A stretch of 59,273 bases of DNA from Hydrolagus affinis (GCA_012026655.1 JAAILG010000233.1:62001-121273), one strand, 5' to 3'; positions 12,999 to 26,047 are shown, counted from the first letter of the stretch. Numbers and translations: made by a program. Notes: a model not told the origin generated them from the letters alone.

Positions 12999-14303
12999 GA
13001 AAACTGATGTAGGGATCTGTAACTCATCCACCACGGCTTTAATAATGATGGTCTGAGTGGTCCTATAATTTTATTTTTAAATCCAACAAAAAAAAACCCC
13101 ACACAGAATAATTCCATATAAGTGGTTGCTGTCAGTCTGATAGCACTGCTTGGCTATGATGTCTAATGATGGCTGTCTGAGGAATATATATCACAGTGTA
13201 CAAGTACAGGTTTCAGGGCATAACTGGTGTCCTGCAGCAACTATAGCAGGGAGGCCTTGTCAGATCGTGTATCAGTATCATTAAGGCCAGACCCCTGTGT
13301 GGTTGCTTTGGGGTACAGTCAAGCCATATAACTTCGGCTGCAGGAAGCTATCTTGGAGCACAGGATGCATTTTCAACATGGACTGAGAAATGCAGATATC
13401 CAATCATCCTTAGAGTCTGGATGCAAACATTTGTCGGAATTTACGATTTATTACATATGAAGTTTTTCTTGTGAATGTGGATAAATGTGCTAACTGCAGG
13501 AGCATTACAGCCACTGGGCCACAGCTGTCATTCCTTTGGAACTTACTGTCATTCTAACTCAACTCTGTCATCCTTCAACCCAGTTTAAATTAACAGGTAA
13601 TTTGTAAATGTCACTTCAACTTAGGTCAGTCATTTTGTTTTCATCCCACCAATGTAAAGCAATAGCCTAATTTTTCTTGTCCAGTTTTAATAAGATTTTC
13701 ATTATAAATAGAATTATGTTCGGAAAATAAATTAAAGTAAGTGAAGCACTGAACTGGTAGTACCATGCACATACTCAGAATTTAAAGAACCTGCACATCA
13801 GAGAAGATTAATAAAAACACTTCAAAGGCCAAATTCTATTTTATTGGAAGACAGCTTACAGTGAATATTTAATTTGAGCATTCACATTTATTTTGTGAAA
13901 CTAATAACTGAGCCCTCGCATTGAAATTTAATTTTAATATCCGAGTTAATTTATAAAACAAAGCTATTTAATTTGGCAAGAGAGGGCGTTACAAGCAAAG
14001 CAATTTACTCATTTATTCTTAGTTTTTAAAATCAAATATGTTACTAAATTATTTTTATGTGCAACTGAGCAAAGCTAATGAATCTGACAATTTTGAGCAA
14101 TATCTCTTTGTGTTCTGAACTTCAGCACAGTTTTATAGTTTTCCATATTTTAAAAAAATGTCTATGATTACTGCAGGGTCATAGTTACCACCTACAGACA
14201 CTTTGTATTTCAGGGGCAGTTTTGAGGCCTTTTAAGAATATTTCTCTTTGACATCTATATGCATTTTACGCCTTTTCTCAGTACTCTAACCACTGACCTA
14301 CAG

Positions 14304-14617
14304 TGGAGTCCTGTAGCTCAGTAGTTAGAGCAGTCGGCTCATAAACGAAAGACCTGGGTTTGATTCCCAGCAGGGCAAAACCTTGGGCAAGTTTTGTTGC
14401 TCCAAATGACTGATAATAATCCCTCAAGAAAAAAAACAATGATAAATTGGGCACTTCAATCGACAACTGTTTGTGGGAGACTGCTGTGCGCAATTCGCTG
14501 CCGCGTTTCGCCCACGAATACAAAGTCAATTCACTTTACAGTATATTCTGTGAAGGGCTTTCAGATGTTCAGAAGACGTGGAAGTACTATATCGAATGCA
14601 ACCATTATTATATTATT
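14304..14617 (+). mobile_element. full-length family A SINE (tRNA head, Deu core, L2 tail)
   Basis: Head tggagtcctgtagctcagtagttagagc (A box) ...gggtttgattccc (B box), ccttgggcaag, Deu core, tail ctatatcgaatgcaa+(TTA)n. Confidence 0.93.
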
Positions 14618-15536
14618 AGTATTTTCTTGGCAAGTAAGTAGCCTTTCACCAGCATCCACTTTGTAGCTGCTGCTTTCAACCCACGGAAATGACATTACTA
14701 AACATCGTTTACTATTTTAATATTTCTGTTTTTAAAAATGTATTATTTCAAGAAGATCTATCTTGTGTCTGCTGACGTTTTTATTAAAAAACAGTTCTTT
14801 ATAGGCTTTTTTGTATTTTTCCTGAATTATTCAATATAACTTAAATTATGACCTAAAGCAGCCATGTTGCAATTTTCATTATTTTTGTTCCTGTAACTCG
14901 CCTCCATCTCTGGCCCAGTGATGGTTCCCACACCCTCCATCCGCCTGCTATACTGGAAGCTGCATTTACCTGCTAAAGCACATGCCTGGGGTGGTTAACA
15001 ATTACCATGATTCTATTTGTTCTGCATACTATGCTGCATTTTATGTGGTCACATGTTACAGCAACAAACTCTCTCCGGCATCCAGATTAGATATCATTAA
15101 CAGTTTACAAAGAAAATACCAAATTTATTTATTTCAAGTACATTTTTAAAAAAAAGTAATCCGAGGTAATTCACACATTTAAACACATATTTGGTCCTTT
15201 TGTCCTGTGAAATAGCTGCTGACTTTGAACAGTCATTTTTGAGACAAACCCAAACTGCTGGTTTTCTCCTCCTTACAGTCTTTTTGTTCTTAGATTTCAC
15301 ATTTCAGGGTCAAATAGATGTAGACGCTCCTCCTCCTGTGCTCACCTATCAAACGTGAATGATGAGCTATGGTTTCTCTGACAAATAGCAACCAGAAAAT
15401 TGAACCTCGTATCTCTTCTTTATACCAACAGGAGAACAGACACAAGGTTTTTCTTTGAAGTCAGATTTCCAAGTGTTGTGCATTTTGCTGATGATATTGT
15501 TCCTTGACACTCCAGTATAGTACTGAGTGTATAGTA

Positions 15537-15603
15537 CAGTGCCTTGGGACGTCTCCCAATGTGAAAGGTGCTCTATAGATGTAATTTTGTTGTTGTTGTT
15601 GTT
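15537..15603 (+). mobile_element. L2 terminal stem-loop plus (GTT)n tail
   Basis: cagtgccttgggacgtctcccaatgtgaaaggtgctctatagatgtaattttgttgttgttgttgtt. Confidence 0.8.
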
Positions 15604-15800
15604 GGGAGGTGCATTCCATTGTTGGAGGCACTGTCTTTCAAGTGAGATGTTAAACTGAGATCCTGTATGTCTGTTCACGTGCACTTTAAAGGCCCTGTGA
15701 TACTATTGGCGAAAGAAGTTTCTCCCGATAAACTGACCAGCAATCTTACCGATTGCCATTCACCACATGGCTGTTCTGTGGGACATTGTGTGCGAAACAA
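15604..15800 (+). mobile_element. family B Deu-SINE internal fragment
   Basis: cattgttggaggcactgtctttcaagtgagatgttaaactgagatcctg...gctgttctgtgggacattg. Confidence 0.75.
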
Positions 15801-15999
15801 GCAAAAGATCTGCAATGGTTAGAAAATTTAGGAATAATGATTTAATTACTCTCATTGTGTAACCAAACAGGCTGGTTAGTAAGGTTAACCTACTAAGAAG
15901 CTTTCCCAGCTGACTATATAAATATGCGACCAAATGTGACACCACTGAGAATCCATTTGATTTGCCTTTGATAAGCAGTGAATTTTACTGAGGAGAATA

Positions 16000-16700
16000 A
16001 ACCTAATTTTAACAGATTACTGAGTTGTGAAATGTCTAAAGACAATTTCCTCTCTGTAAATTGTGTGGGATTGATAAATTCCCGATGGGAATTTATTGTA
16101 GCTGTAAAGAAAAGGTAACCTGATTTTGCTCATCTCTTTGAAGGAAATGCACAAAGATAAAAAGATGTCAATTTCTCTGATCCACGTGGATGCAAAGACC
16201 CAACCGATGTGAGCGGGTTAATGGGATCTATGTAATACTGACTACTAAAAATAGCAGTCTTTTTGTTATACCTATTCAACAATATTTTGCATTACAAAAA
16301 TTATGAAGAAAATGCATCTCTATTTTAGTGGTCAGCGTATGATAGACCTCAGTGATTTTAAGAGGCTATCCTCAGCTAATCTAGCAAGTCTCATAAACCT
16401 AATACACCCGGCATATGATCTTGCATTCCAGCAGCAATCATATCCCTTGATGCAAAGAAGGCTTTTGACCTAGTAGAATAGATGTATGTAATACTGTTCT
16501 CCATCAGTTTGGCTTAGTCATCTCCTTTATTAGATGGATATGAATCCTTTATAGTGAGCCTTCACTGGAGGTTTTTTAATCAATGAGGTTATATTCTCCT
16601 GTTTTTCCCTTGAGGCAATGGTGTCCACTGTCCCCATTATTATTTGTATTGGTCTTGAAACCGTGAGCATGAGCAATTCAAGCTGATAGAGATTGCTGCA
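16000..16700 (+). mobile_element. L1-clade LINE reverse transcriptase relic
   Basis: Frameshifted translation GIDKFPMGIY, ISLI..KDPT, NTDY, RLSSANLASLINLIH, AIISLDAKKAFDLVE*, QFGL..SFIRWI*ILYSEP, RQWCPLSPLLFVLVLKP: ordered L1 RT motifs (SLDAEKAFDRVEW; RQGCPLSPLLF). Confidence 0.88.
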
Positions 16701-16844
16701 GGTGATCGGGATTATTATGCTGCATTTTGATTATAGTATAATGCCTGAACAACAAAATGTAAATTGGTCTTTGATGTTGTAGGCCATGTTGGCTCCTTTT
16801 CCAGACTAATTGAATAAAATTGAAAATCACACCATTGTACAATA

Positions 16845-16952
16845 CGTTTCACCCACCAAGTATATTCTGTGAAGTGCTTTGAGACGTCTTGACAACGTGA
16901 TAAGGTGCTATGTGAAATGCAAGGGTTATTATTATTATTATTATTATTATTA
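16845..16952 (+). mobile_element. family A SINE 3' tail with (TTA)n
   Basis: gtatattctgtgaagtgctttgagacgtcttgacaacgtgataaggtgctatgtgaaatgcaagggttattattatt. Confidence 0.85.
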
Positions 16953-19900
16953 ATGGGTGCTCCCCCACCACCCATGTCCTGCATTAGGATCAAATCTGCT
17001 TTACAAGACTGCACTCTACCATGAGTGGGATGGTGATGGTAAATCTAAATCAATGGATAAATTGCCTCCAAATGGATTTGATAAAAGCACCCCCACTCTC
17101 TTTGTTATTATGATAGGGGGGAAAAGTGTAGTACTGTACAATGAAATGACAGTGGGTGTGCAAATATAATCCTCTCACAATCACTCAGATTTTTATTCTT
17201 TTTATTAATAGAGCTTATCTGATTTCTTGTCACTCGTTAACTATATTACGCTTTCTCAATAGAATGACTGTGAAACGAGGAGCGAAAGAAATTGTAATAA
17301 CTCCGATGACAGACATTTATTTCAATATTTTTCACTACGGCATGTTTCTCGGCAGATGAAGTGTGGAAGAGGCAGAGAGAGAATGAGAGTGAGCTTCGTT
17401 TTTGATCCAGTGCAATGACATCATCAGTAAAAAAAAATCATATTTTAATTAATCACAAAATGGTTGTTTCCGGATGAAGCAGTGATCTGTTAATGGAGAT
17501 GGAAAAGACTGATTTAGTATTTAAAACTGGACTTCTACATCCATCATAGGAAGCGACAGTATGCAAGGTCCAATGATATTTTGGTCTCTCTGTTTATTTA
17601 GTCCACAGATGCCCAGAAATAGGTTCCTCAGCACTTTCATCAGTGCCTATAGATGGAGAGACTGAGCCCATGAGTCATGACAAAACCATATGGCATTCCT
17701 GGGCAGCAATGATTTACTGGCTACTCTTAACCCTCTGCCACATGGCCCACACATAGCTGAGGCTAGAATAGACTTGGTAGCACTTTAGAACAGCTATCGT
17801 CAACATATTTGGCTGGAAAAATGAAAACCCTGTCATTTCAGTGGCCTGGCAAACTTTCTGACAAATGGAAAAATTAATGAATATTAACCTCCATCTGTCA
17901 TCAAGAGACTTGGTGTAGCATAATCCTTTCATCAAATTGAGTAAAGAACATTTTGTTTCAAGCTTGGAAACCTAAAGTAATTATAATTGTAAAAGACCTC
18001 TTCTGGTGCAGTGCCTTTAAATCATTTAAACAATTGCGTGCAGGAAAGGAATTATCCAATACAGATTTTCTTTTAAAAAAAACCTATCTCCAGCTACATC
18101 AATGGGCCACCTGACCTCACAGTGCAGGTTATTAGTTTCTTTGGTCATTTCAGATGCCGGGCACAAATAGAAACTCCTTGCTGTGCTGAAGGAGCTTGTG
18201 TTCCAGCCACCATGGAACTAATAATGGTCTCATCTGGCGCCTTCATGGGAGCATGGACTATGACGGGAATCTTGCTAAAGGCCATCTTTATTTGTAATTC
18301 AATTAAGAGCAACCTGCTATTAAGACCCACTTGCCATAATGTACCAGTTTTGCTGGGTAAAAGGAAATCAATTATAGCAACTACCAGGTTTGTTCTTAGA
18401 CATTGCTAATGATTTACGCTGTACAACAAATAGTTTATGTTTATTGCACCCCCAAAATAATTGAATATGGGCGGCAGCATCCAGCCCAGATCATAAAATA
18501 GCAGAGTTTCGGTTTCTTCCTTCGCTGCAGTGCAAAACAATATTATTTGATACTTTATTTAACATTCCCCCTCCCTTTTCTTCTTGTCCCCTGAAGGGCT
18601 TTACTCACGCTGGTGGTCTATTGTTCCACTGGTACCTCCTGGCGCTGGTACCTTGCCCAAGTTTCCATAATTCATGTCTGAACCTAGCCACGGAACCTAT
18701 ATGAGTAGGTGGGAGGGTGGCAGGGGAAGGTGGAAGGAGCAGAGAGAAGACATCACTGCAATGTTTGATCCCATGTTCACCTTGATGTTCACACACACAT
18801 ATACATGCTGAGCTCACTGGAACAGGAATCCTGTGTGATTCTTCTTCCTCTTTCTGAATCTAGTGGCGCTGATCTCAACTGTAACATGACTATTGCTGGA
18901 ACTGGCTGCGATCAACTGAACCAAAGCTCTGAAGTGCAAAACACTTTTTATATTTTTGTTTGTGAGAATGAAATAGTTCAGAAATTACTGGAATGCTTCA
19001 CGCAGAATACAACCAGGAGTTTACATTCCTCTTTTCAGGGTAGAAAAAGAAGTGGTGTCTCGTTCAATTACGCCATTTGTTTGAAATATATTTCATAGAG
19101 GTGAAATCACTTTCCAATTACAAGAATGATTTTCCCCAGGAACATCTGAAGTGAATAATCAAAGTATAAACAAATCCACATCACATGACAATAGTTTAAT
19201 TTGTACACATATTGCCTCTAGCTGCTCTGGAGCCATTAAGCCTAGATTTTTTTTTAAAAAACCTCTTTACCTAATTAACTTTACCTAATTAATTTTTTAA
19301 GTTCGGTATAAACAGAATACATTATGAAGACCCGTGGGAAACAATTTAAATCCCATGAGTGTGCTGACCTGATAACTCAGGAGTGACAGATCCCTGCAAG
19401 TTATGGTCTGTTTCAAGAGTGGGATATAAAAAATCATATCCTACAGGTATTCGAAATGCACCTTTACATTCCTCTACATATTTATGGACAATTTATACCC
19501 TATGCTAATTTTTACACTAATTAGTGTTATGTGCACAAAGCAACATTGAAGGCAGGTGAAAATTGGCAGAAATTTGCGAGCCTGTAAATATTGTGTTATA
19601 AATGAGCCGTGCTACGATTGCATTTCAAATCATTGTCCGTTTCACTGTGCAACTTATGCAGCTGCACCAAAGAACATTCTTCGGGCTGTCCTAGTTTAAC
19701 TGGTGCAGCTGTGCCCCATTTAGAATCAAGCCCCAGGGAAAGAAAAAATGGACATTGTCAGCTTTACACAGCAACAAGCACATCTGTTGGCTGACTGCAA
19801 AGCTGAATCATGGAGAAGTTTGTGCCCTGGACTACACACTGTCCTCCTGTGTGAAACAGCTGCATGAGAAAGAAAAGCTTTGTTGAAGCATGGTGGAAAA

Positions 19901-20179
19901 TCGGAAGTATTATCAATAATAAATTGGATACAGTATAAATTGGGAATGGTTGTGAGCGACTTTCAGCACTGATTTAATTGTGAGGTTTTGAAAATATCAT
20001 AAGCCACGGCAGCACAGCCTGAATAGTCCTGGACTTCATCTGGACCCCAAGATTAAATGGCACCATTATGTTTGCTTTCTACCATCTGTCATTTTTCATA
20101 TTACATGCTACAGTTTAGCAACAGGAAGCAGAAGGTGATAATAAATAGAAAATCAGCTTTTTCAGAACAGTGACTTTGA

Positions 20180-20713
20180 AGAGTTCTGGGCCCTTTGTTG
20201 GCTACAATATTTATAAATGACTTGGAAGAGAGTATTTCAGGTAATGTAACATTTGTTGATGATATCAGACTTCATGGGCAAGTGAGTAATATGAGAATAA
20301 ATAGCAATAAAGTGTTGGTTTTAATGTACAGAAATGTTCAATCGGAAGGGGTGTCTCTTAGCATGGTACAAAATGGCTTGGGTTTGATGATTGATCTTCC
20401 ACAGATTGCCAGGCAACTTGACGCTGCTGTCTTAAAAAGCTAATCAAATGCAGTACTCGGGTGCATCTTGAGAGCTTTTCACTGTAGGTTGTGAGAAATT
20501 GTTCTACCATTCATCAGAAAAAGATTGGGGAGGGGGACATGATCCAGGTCCTTAAATACCGAGGGGCATAGATGAGTTAAGTGCATTATTTCCCTTTGAC
20601 CTTGAGAACAAAACTAAAGGACAGAAATTTAAAATGAATCCATGATTTGTGGATCTGTGGGGAGAGTGATCCTGATGGGCAGAAAGCCTTTTCTCGTTCC
20701 ATGCTTTCTTATT
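20180..20713 (+). mobile_element. CR1 LINE 3' region with internal deletions
   Basis: VLGPLLATIFINDLEESISGNVTFVDDIRLHG (RT core, cf. FADDTKLGG), then KANQM-like, RGDMIQV-like and KGQKFK-like segments, then 3' UTR gatgggcagaaagccttttctcgttcc...ttcttat. Confidence 0.8.
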
Positions 20714-21289
20714 GTTTCAGTATCAGCTTGAAATAACACTCATATAACTCTATCTGACATCTGTGTTATAGTGTGGATGTCAATCAGCAAAATAATATTG
20801 TTTTTCAAGGCGGATAATTATTACTCGTGTTCTGGGAGGATTTCGTTTGTTGGCAACAGCTAACACTTGATGAAGTGATATAACCACTGGTGTTGGCAGT
20901 GAGCAGTTTTAACCAAATGAAGAAACAGTTTAGTTGAGTAATAGGTCATCTTCTTTCTTGGGTGCGTCTGGAGTCTGCTTCCAAAGTGAGTGCATTTGCT
21001 TTGAGCTCAAACTTCAGTTAGTTCTTCCGAACAATATAAATTACATCTTAATGCCAGCCTTTTTTGGGGGTTCAGCCAGGTTTATGACATGTGGAAACCA
21101 TTCGCATGTTCTTTAGCGAATCCATTACCTATGATTGGGATGTCCACATTTGTATGCCACATACATGTAGAAATGTTTCACTTTCTGCACTGGAATGCAC
21201 ACTCTCTCTATGCACTCTGCTTGCCTAATTCGGTGGATGTTTGCAAAAGCCGTGGCTTGTTCAGCTAGGATCACCTTACCCTAGTCGCA

Positions 21290-21685
21290 AGGTTAAGAGG
21301 AGTTGAGTGGGAAGAATCCATTCTTCCAGTGACTGATTTGTCCTTCAAGTCCTTCTGGTGAGCCAGGCTGGCTGGTATTTTATCAACAAAGCCTTGAAGT
21401 ACCTGCCTGGCTCAGGATCTGGAGTACCGAGATGGCCACAGCTGATTAACTTGATTCCAACATTCCATCGCCAAGCATGTCCCCTCGGAATCAGCTGACC
21501 CTGAAAAAATCCCACAATCCCAGTTACCCCCTGGAACTCGGGAGAATGGCTGCATTACTGCTTAGTAGCAGCTGTGCTTGTGATCTCAGCTCCATCAGTG
21601 TATAAACTGGGTTAGATTTGAACGTTCTGATCTTGGTTTACTGGTACAAATAACAAAAAATAACCATTATGGTAACGAGGCAGAT
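21290..21685 (-). mobile_element. possible ancient SINE related to the 43925-44258 element
   Basis: gctgtgcttgtgatctcagctccatcagtg...gatttgaacgttctgatct resembles 44159-44215; highly diverged. Confidence 0.3.
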
Positions 21686-24600
21686 TTGATATTGGCGCTT
21701 ACTGAGCATGATTAAAAAGTAAAACCTCAAAAGCAGAAGGCAAGGGTTGGAGGTAGCGGCATTATCATTGAATTGCTGTTTTTATGCAAAATTTGGATTT
21801 AAATTAAACCTGGATTGATAGTATAAAAGCCTCCTCTTGTGGATGGATGTGAGGTTACAGGTGAATTGCATTTTTATCAGTCTCAATGAATCTGCAGCAC
21901 AAAACCAACCTGAATCCAGCACTAATTGGGTAAGCCCACTTCAATAAGGGCAGAGGTTGCAAAGAATGGAAATCTTATTCTGAAGCAGGAGAGAGTGTCC
22001 TTCTCGAGTTGGCATTGAAAGGCTGCATTGGACATGAGTGTACCATATCAGAGATAGCCTCTGAACATCTTATACAGTTACAATCTGGAAAAATACTGCT
22101 TTGTGACATTGTCAACCCACACCTTAACATTAAAATGCAGAGAAAGTTATTTAAATGAATAATAAAAGACCTACAAAATGCACTTTGCTGAATCAGTCCT
22201 AGTTGGGTGGGATAATTTGGCAATTACAAGGAAAGACTCACACTAGCACTATAGAGACCACACGGGGATGCAAAATTGATTCTCCAGGGAGACACAGAGC
22301 TGTAATATAGCGGCAATCCCTCCTGATTAAGGGTAGGGTCACACTTTTTCAACACACTGAACTTTTATCTGGTCAGACTGCTTTATTAGCCAAATAAATT
22401 AAATCCCCATGGTCTAATTTGATACTACAGGTTACTAAAGTATGCTTCGAACTGAAGCTTTCTGTTATTCAGATATGTAGGGCGGGTTCATTTCCTCTGC
22501 TCTGATTTCTTAGGGTAAATTGTATTTGGCTAAATGACTTTAAAGCAGCTTACTCTTGTTTCAGGGAAAGATGCATAAAGACCTAAGTATCTCTTAATGA
22601 ACATACTCCATTATTGTCGGAAAGATTAATGTTGGGTTCAAAAGTGTTTCCCTTTTCTTTTAGCCAATATGTTTGGTATAATGTCATTACATGTAACCTA
22701 TAGGATTGATCTTAGGGTCTCTGGATTATGCCTTGAAGCAGAGCCTCAATAAGTAATTCCACCCTATTTGTATCTGCAACATGTCAAACATTCAACTGGT
22801 GGAATGATGCAGAAATGTTCAGGTCCCAATATGGATTGTGAACAGTTCTCTAATCCAAATTTGAGAGTTTTTTTTTTACCAAGTTGACACTATACCTTTA
22901 CCCCAACTTTACAATAAAATTTTATACATTTTGTCCAAGCAGCTTGCACCTCGCATTTGATATCTTTTTTTCCATCTTAATCTCATCCGCAGATATTATG
23001 GCTTCATATCTAATTCTATCATTCAGTTAGTGGATGTTGAAGATCCTGCTGTGAATTAGTCCTCTGGGATCAATTGAGATTCTCCAGCCACTCTATTACC
23101 ATTTTGCTCGTGAGCTATTCCCAGTATAAAAATGAATTTAAATAACTAAATTGAATAAATAGATTAGAACGTAACCTAGGATTGCTCAGGCTATTGAGAT
23201 CCATCTGACGGGACCCAAATATTTGATCAGTAAACACAAACACTGCCAAAGATTACGACATATTACATTCAGATGAGATGAGGTTCTTTCAGTTGTAAAC
23301 ACTTGCAAATATTTCTTTACCCTTGAGTTGCAGGAGCAAATAATACATTCCGGCCAGGTTTTGACCAGGTTATGGGCAAGTCTGTGTTGGCATAATTATT
23401 AAATAAAAATATTGACCCAGCACAGTATATTCTGTGGTTTGCATTTGGGAGCTTGAAAAAGACTCAATAATGCTTTATTCCAGAAGTTAGATATGATACA
23501 GTGGAGCATAACTGTGTTGCAAGTTTTAAAGTTGGGGTATTGCTTTTCCTGAATACACTATTGATATTGTATATTTCAGCATTAAATCTGCAGAAATAAT
23601 AAAGCACTGCACATTGTCTGAATTTCTATATTTATTTCATCACACCGTTTTTCATTTAAAAGCCATTTAAAATTTTATTGCAGCAATTTATTTATGAACA
23701 TCTCTTCTCTTAACTTATCCAGAGAACACACATGCCATCTGTTACCCATTTTGAATCTATGAATCAAACTTAAATTGGGAAAGTAATTGTTGGAAAGGAG
23801 ACAGAGTATTACAGTTCATAAAATAAAATTCAGCATCTTCTTCTTTTTCCAAATTCAATCCAGGCGGCGTATGGTTTTATTTCAGTTTGGAAACACCCAA
23901 ATGGATGGCAATAGTCCATTCTGCTCCGGTGCAATTCTATGTTCCTTTTACTGGTGTTTGTTGCTCTATAAAAAATACAACTACACGATAGTAGCATTAA
24001 AGCAAATTGTAACACAATCCCAGCTGATGGATGGAAACACTTTATATTCTAAGATTCGGAGCATATCAGATCAGCCTGCACACTGTAAATATTGTACGAT
24101 CATACTTTGTGGAATTAGAGGAACTAATAATGTCACAATTTAACTTTCAATCCTCAGGTGGGAAGTAAACACGTTTTTATGGTTAGCAGTCAAGATGTAT
24201 TTTTGACCGGGCTCCTGATGAGCAGAGGACTTCAGCTACATTTTAGAGACATTTTTGTGGCTTTTGTAATTTTGTGTTGACGTTTCTGTTTCTTCTAATG
24301 GGAAATCAAGACTGTTGAAATGTAATGTCTGACTTTCTCCAGGGCTATAATTAGTTCCATTGTTGGAAAGTACAAGAGCACTCCTCAGGAAACCAGCAAG
24401 ATAGAATGTCATTATTTACACGGCTCAATATTGCAGCCATACTGCCAAGAGAAAGGCAAGCTTTGCGCCCGGCAGCATTCTGATGTAGGGTGGGAGGTTC
24501 AGGCGCTATCAACTGGCAGATCGTTTTTCTCTATACGGACTGCATTCCCATTTGAGACTTCCAGTGTAGGTATTAACCACTCCAGGAAAAGTACACTTTG

Positions 24601-25019
24601 GCCAAAGTAAAGCAACATTCTATCTGCTTTATATGTCTTAACCTCCAACCTTTGAAGACCCATATGCTCCTGCTGTAGCGTGCTAATCCTTGGACCACAC
24701 TAACCACGAGAGAAAACTCCAAATAGGTTATCCGTTTTGTGCTGTAGGCTCACATTCACCAAGCTGAGGATTCTGGCCGCTCAGACAAAGTTCATGGGGG
24801 AGCCTTTACAGTCAAAAGAAGCATTTTGAAGTCAGGTCAAAAAGGTGAAGTGCTTTTCCCCCTTTCCACTGCTGGAAGCAATTCAGATCGGAAAAGCTGA
24901 TTATGCTAAGATACTCTGAATTGCTCTTGGGGGCAGGGGGCTAAAGATACACATGACCAGAGCTTCACTAATACATCAAACATCAGATATTTATTGTAAA
25001 ATGTGGTTACTTGTTACTG

Positions 25020-25720
25020 CTTTGTCAAGGTCACAAACAATATCCTGCCCATCTGTGCCCAGGGCTCCGTCTGCCTCTTAATCTTCCTCGACTTTTCTAC
25101 TGCCTTTAATACCATGGACCATTCCATCTTCCTCTACCACCTTTTTTCTCACCTCAACCTTCCAGGTTCTGTGTTTGAATGTCTTCTTTCAGGTTTTATC
25201 TCTCACACCATCTCCAATGTGTCTCCACCAATGGTTTCTCTCCGTCCCCTCCCACCTACCCTGCCACTCCCCCTGCTCGGGTTCCGACCCCTGACTGTTC
25301 AGCTCCTTTGGACGTCCTCCCGATGTGAAAGGTGCTCTATAAATGTAATTTTGCTGTAATTGTTCTCTTCCAGCCCCTGCAGTGTTGTGCGGTGTTTCTC
25401 AAAGCCCTGTCCTCATCCCCTCCTCTTTAACCTATACATGCTCTTGCTTGGTGGCACCATCCACAAACATTGGATCAACTTCCATATGTACGCAATTGAC
25501 ACCCAACTCTATCTCTCTGCCTCCAGCCTCAATTGCAGGACAACTGACGTCCTGACAGACTGTTTATCAGACATCAAGTCCCGAATGAGAGCCAACTTTC
25601 TGCAACTGAATGTCAGCAAGACTGAGACCCTCCTGTTTGCTCCCTCAGCGCCTCTGTACCTCAGGCACTGGCAGCATCAGCAACCATGGATGCACACTCC
25701 AACTCGACGAGTTGGATCCC
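25020..25720 (+). mobile_element. L2 LINE reverse transcriptase relic
   Basis: FVKVTNNIL..LLIFLDFSTAFNTMDHSIFL and PLLFNLYMLLLGGTIHKHWINFHMYAIDTQLYLS..DCLSDIKSRMRANFLQLNVSKTE match L2 RT (LDLSAAFDTVDH; FHMYADDTQLY); interrupted by an L2 tail at ~25240-25360. Confidence 0.92.
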
Positions 25721-25739
25721 TCCCGTCCTGATCCCCAAC

Positions 25740-25805
25740 TGTTCAGTGCCTTGGGATGTCTCCCTGATGTGAAAGGCGCTTAACAAATATAATTTTGTGT
25801 GGTTC
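25740..25805 (+). mobile_element. L2 terminal stem-loop/tail
   Basis: cagtgccttgggatgtctccctgatgtgaaaggcgcttaacaaatataattttgt. Confidence 0.78.
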
Positions 25806-26047
25806 TTATAACAATGGACTGCCCTTGAATTTTTACACTCTACATTAATGTTCATTGGAATTGGCTGCAGTGGATTTATACTGGACATTGATTTGAAACC
25901 ACTGGCTTTTTTCTGTTGCAGTATCCTGTTTATTTCCCTTACTTAAGAAACATGATCAAGCCACCCCATGTTTCTAAATAACACAAGAGTATTTTCATAT
26001 TACAGTACTTTCCTTTTACTATGTGAGTGCAAGAGATTACTATTATC

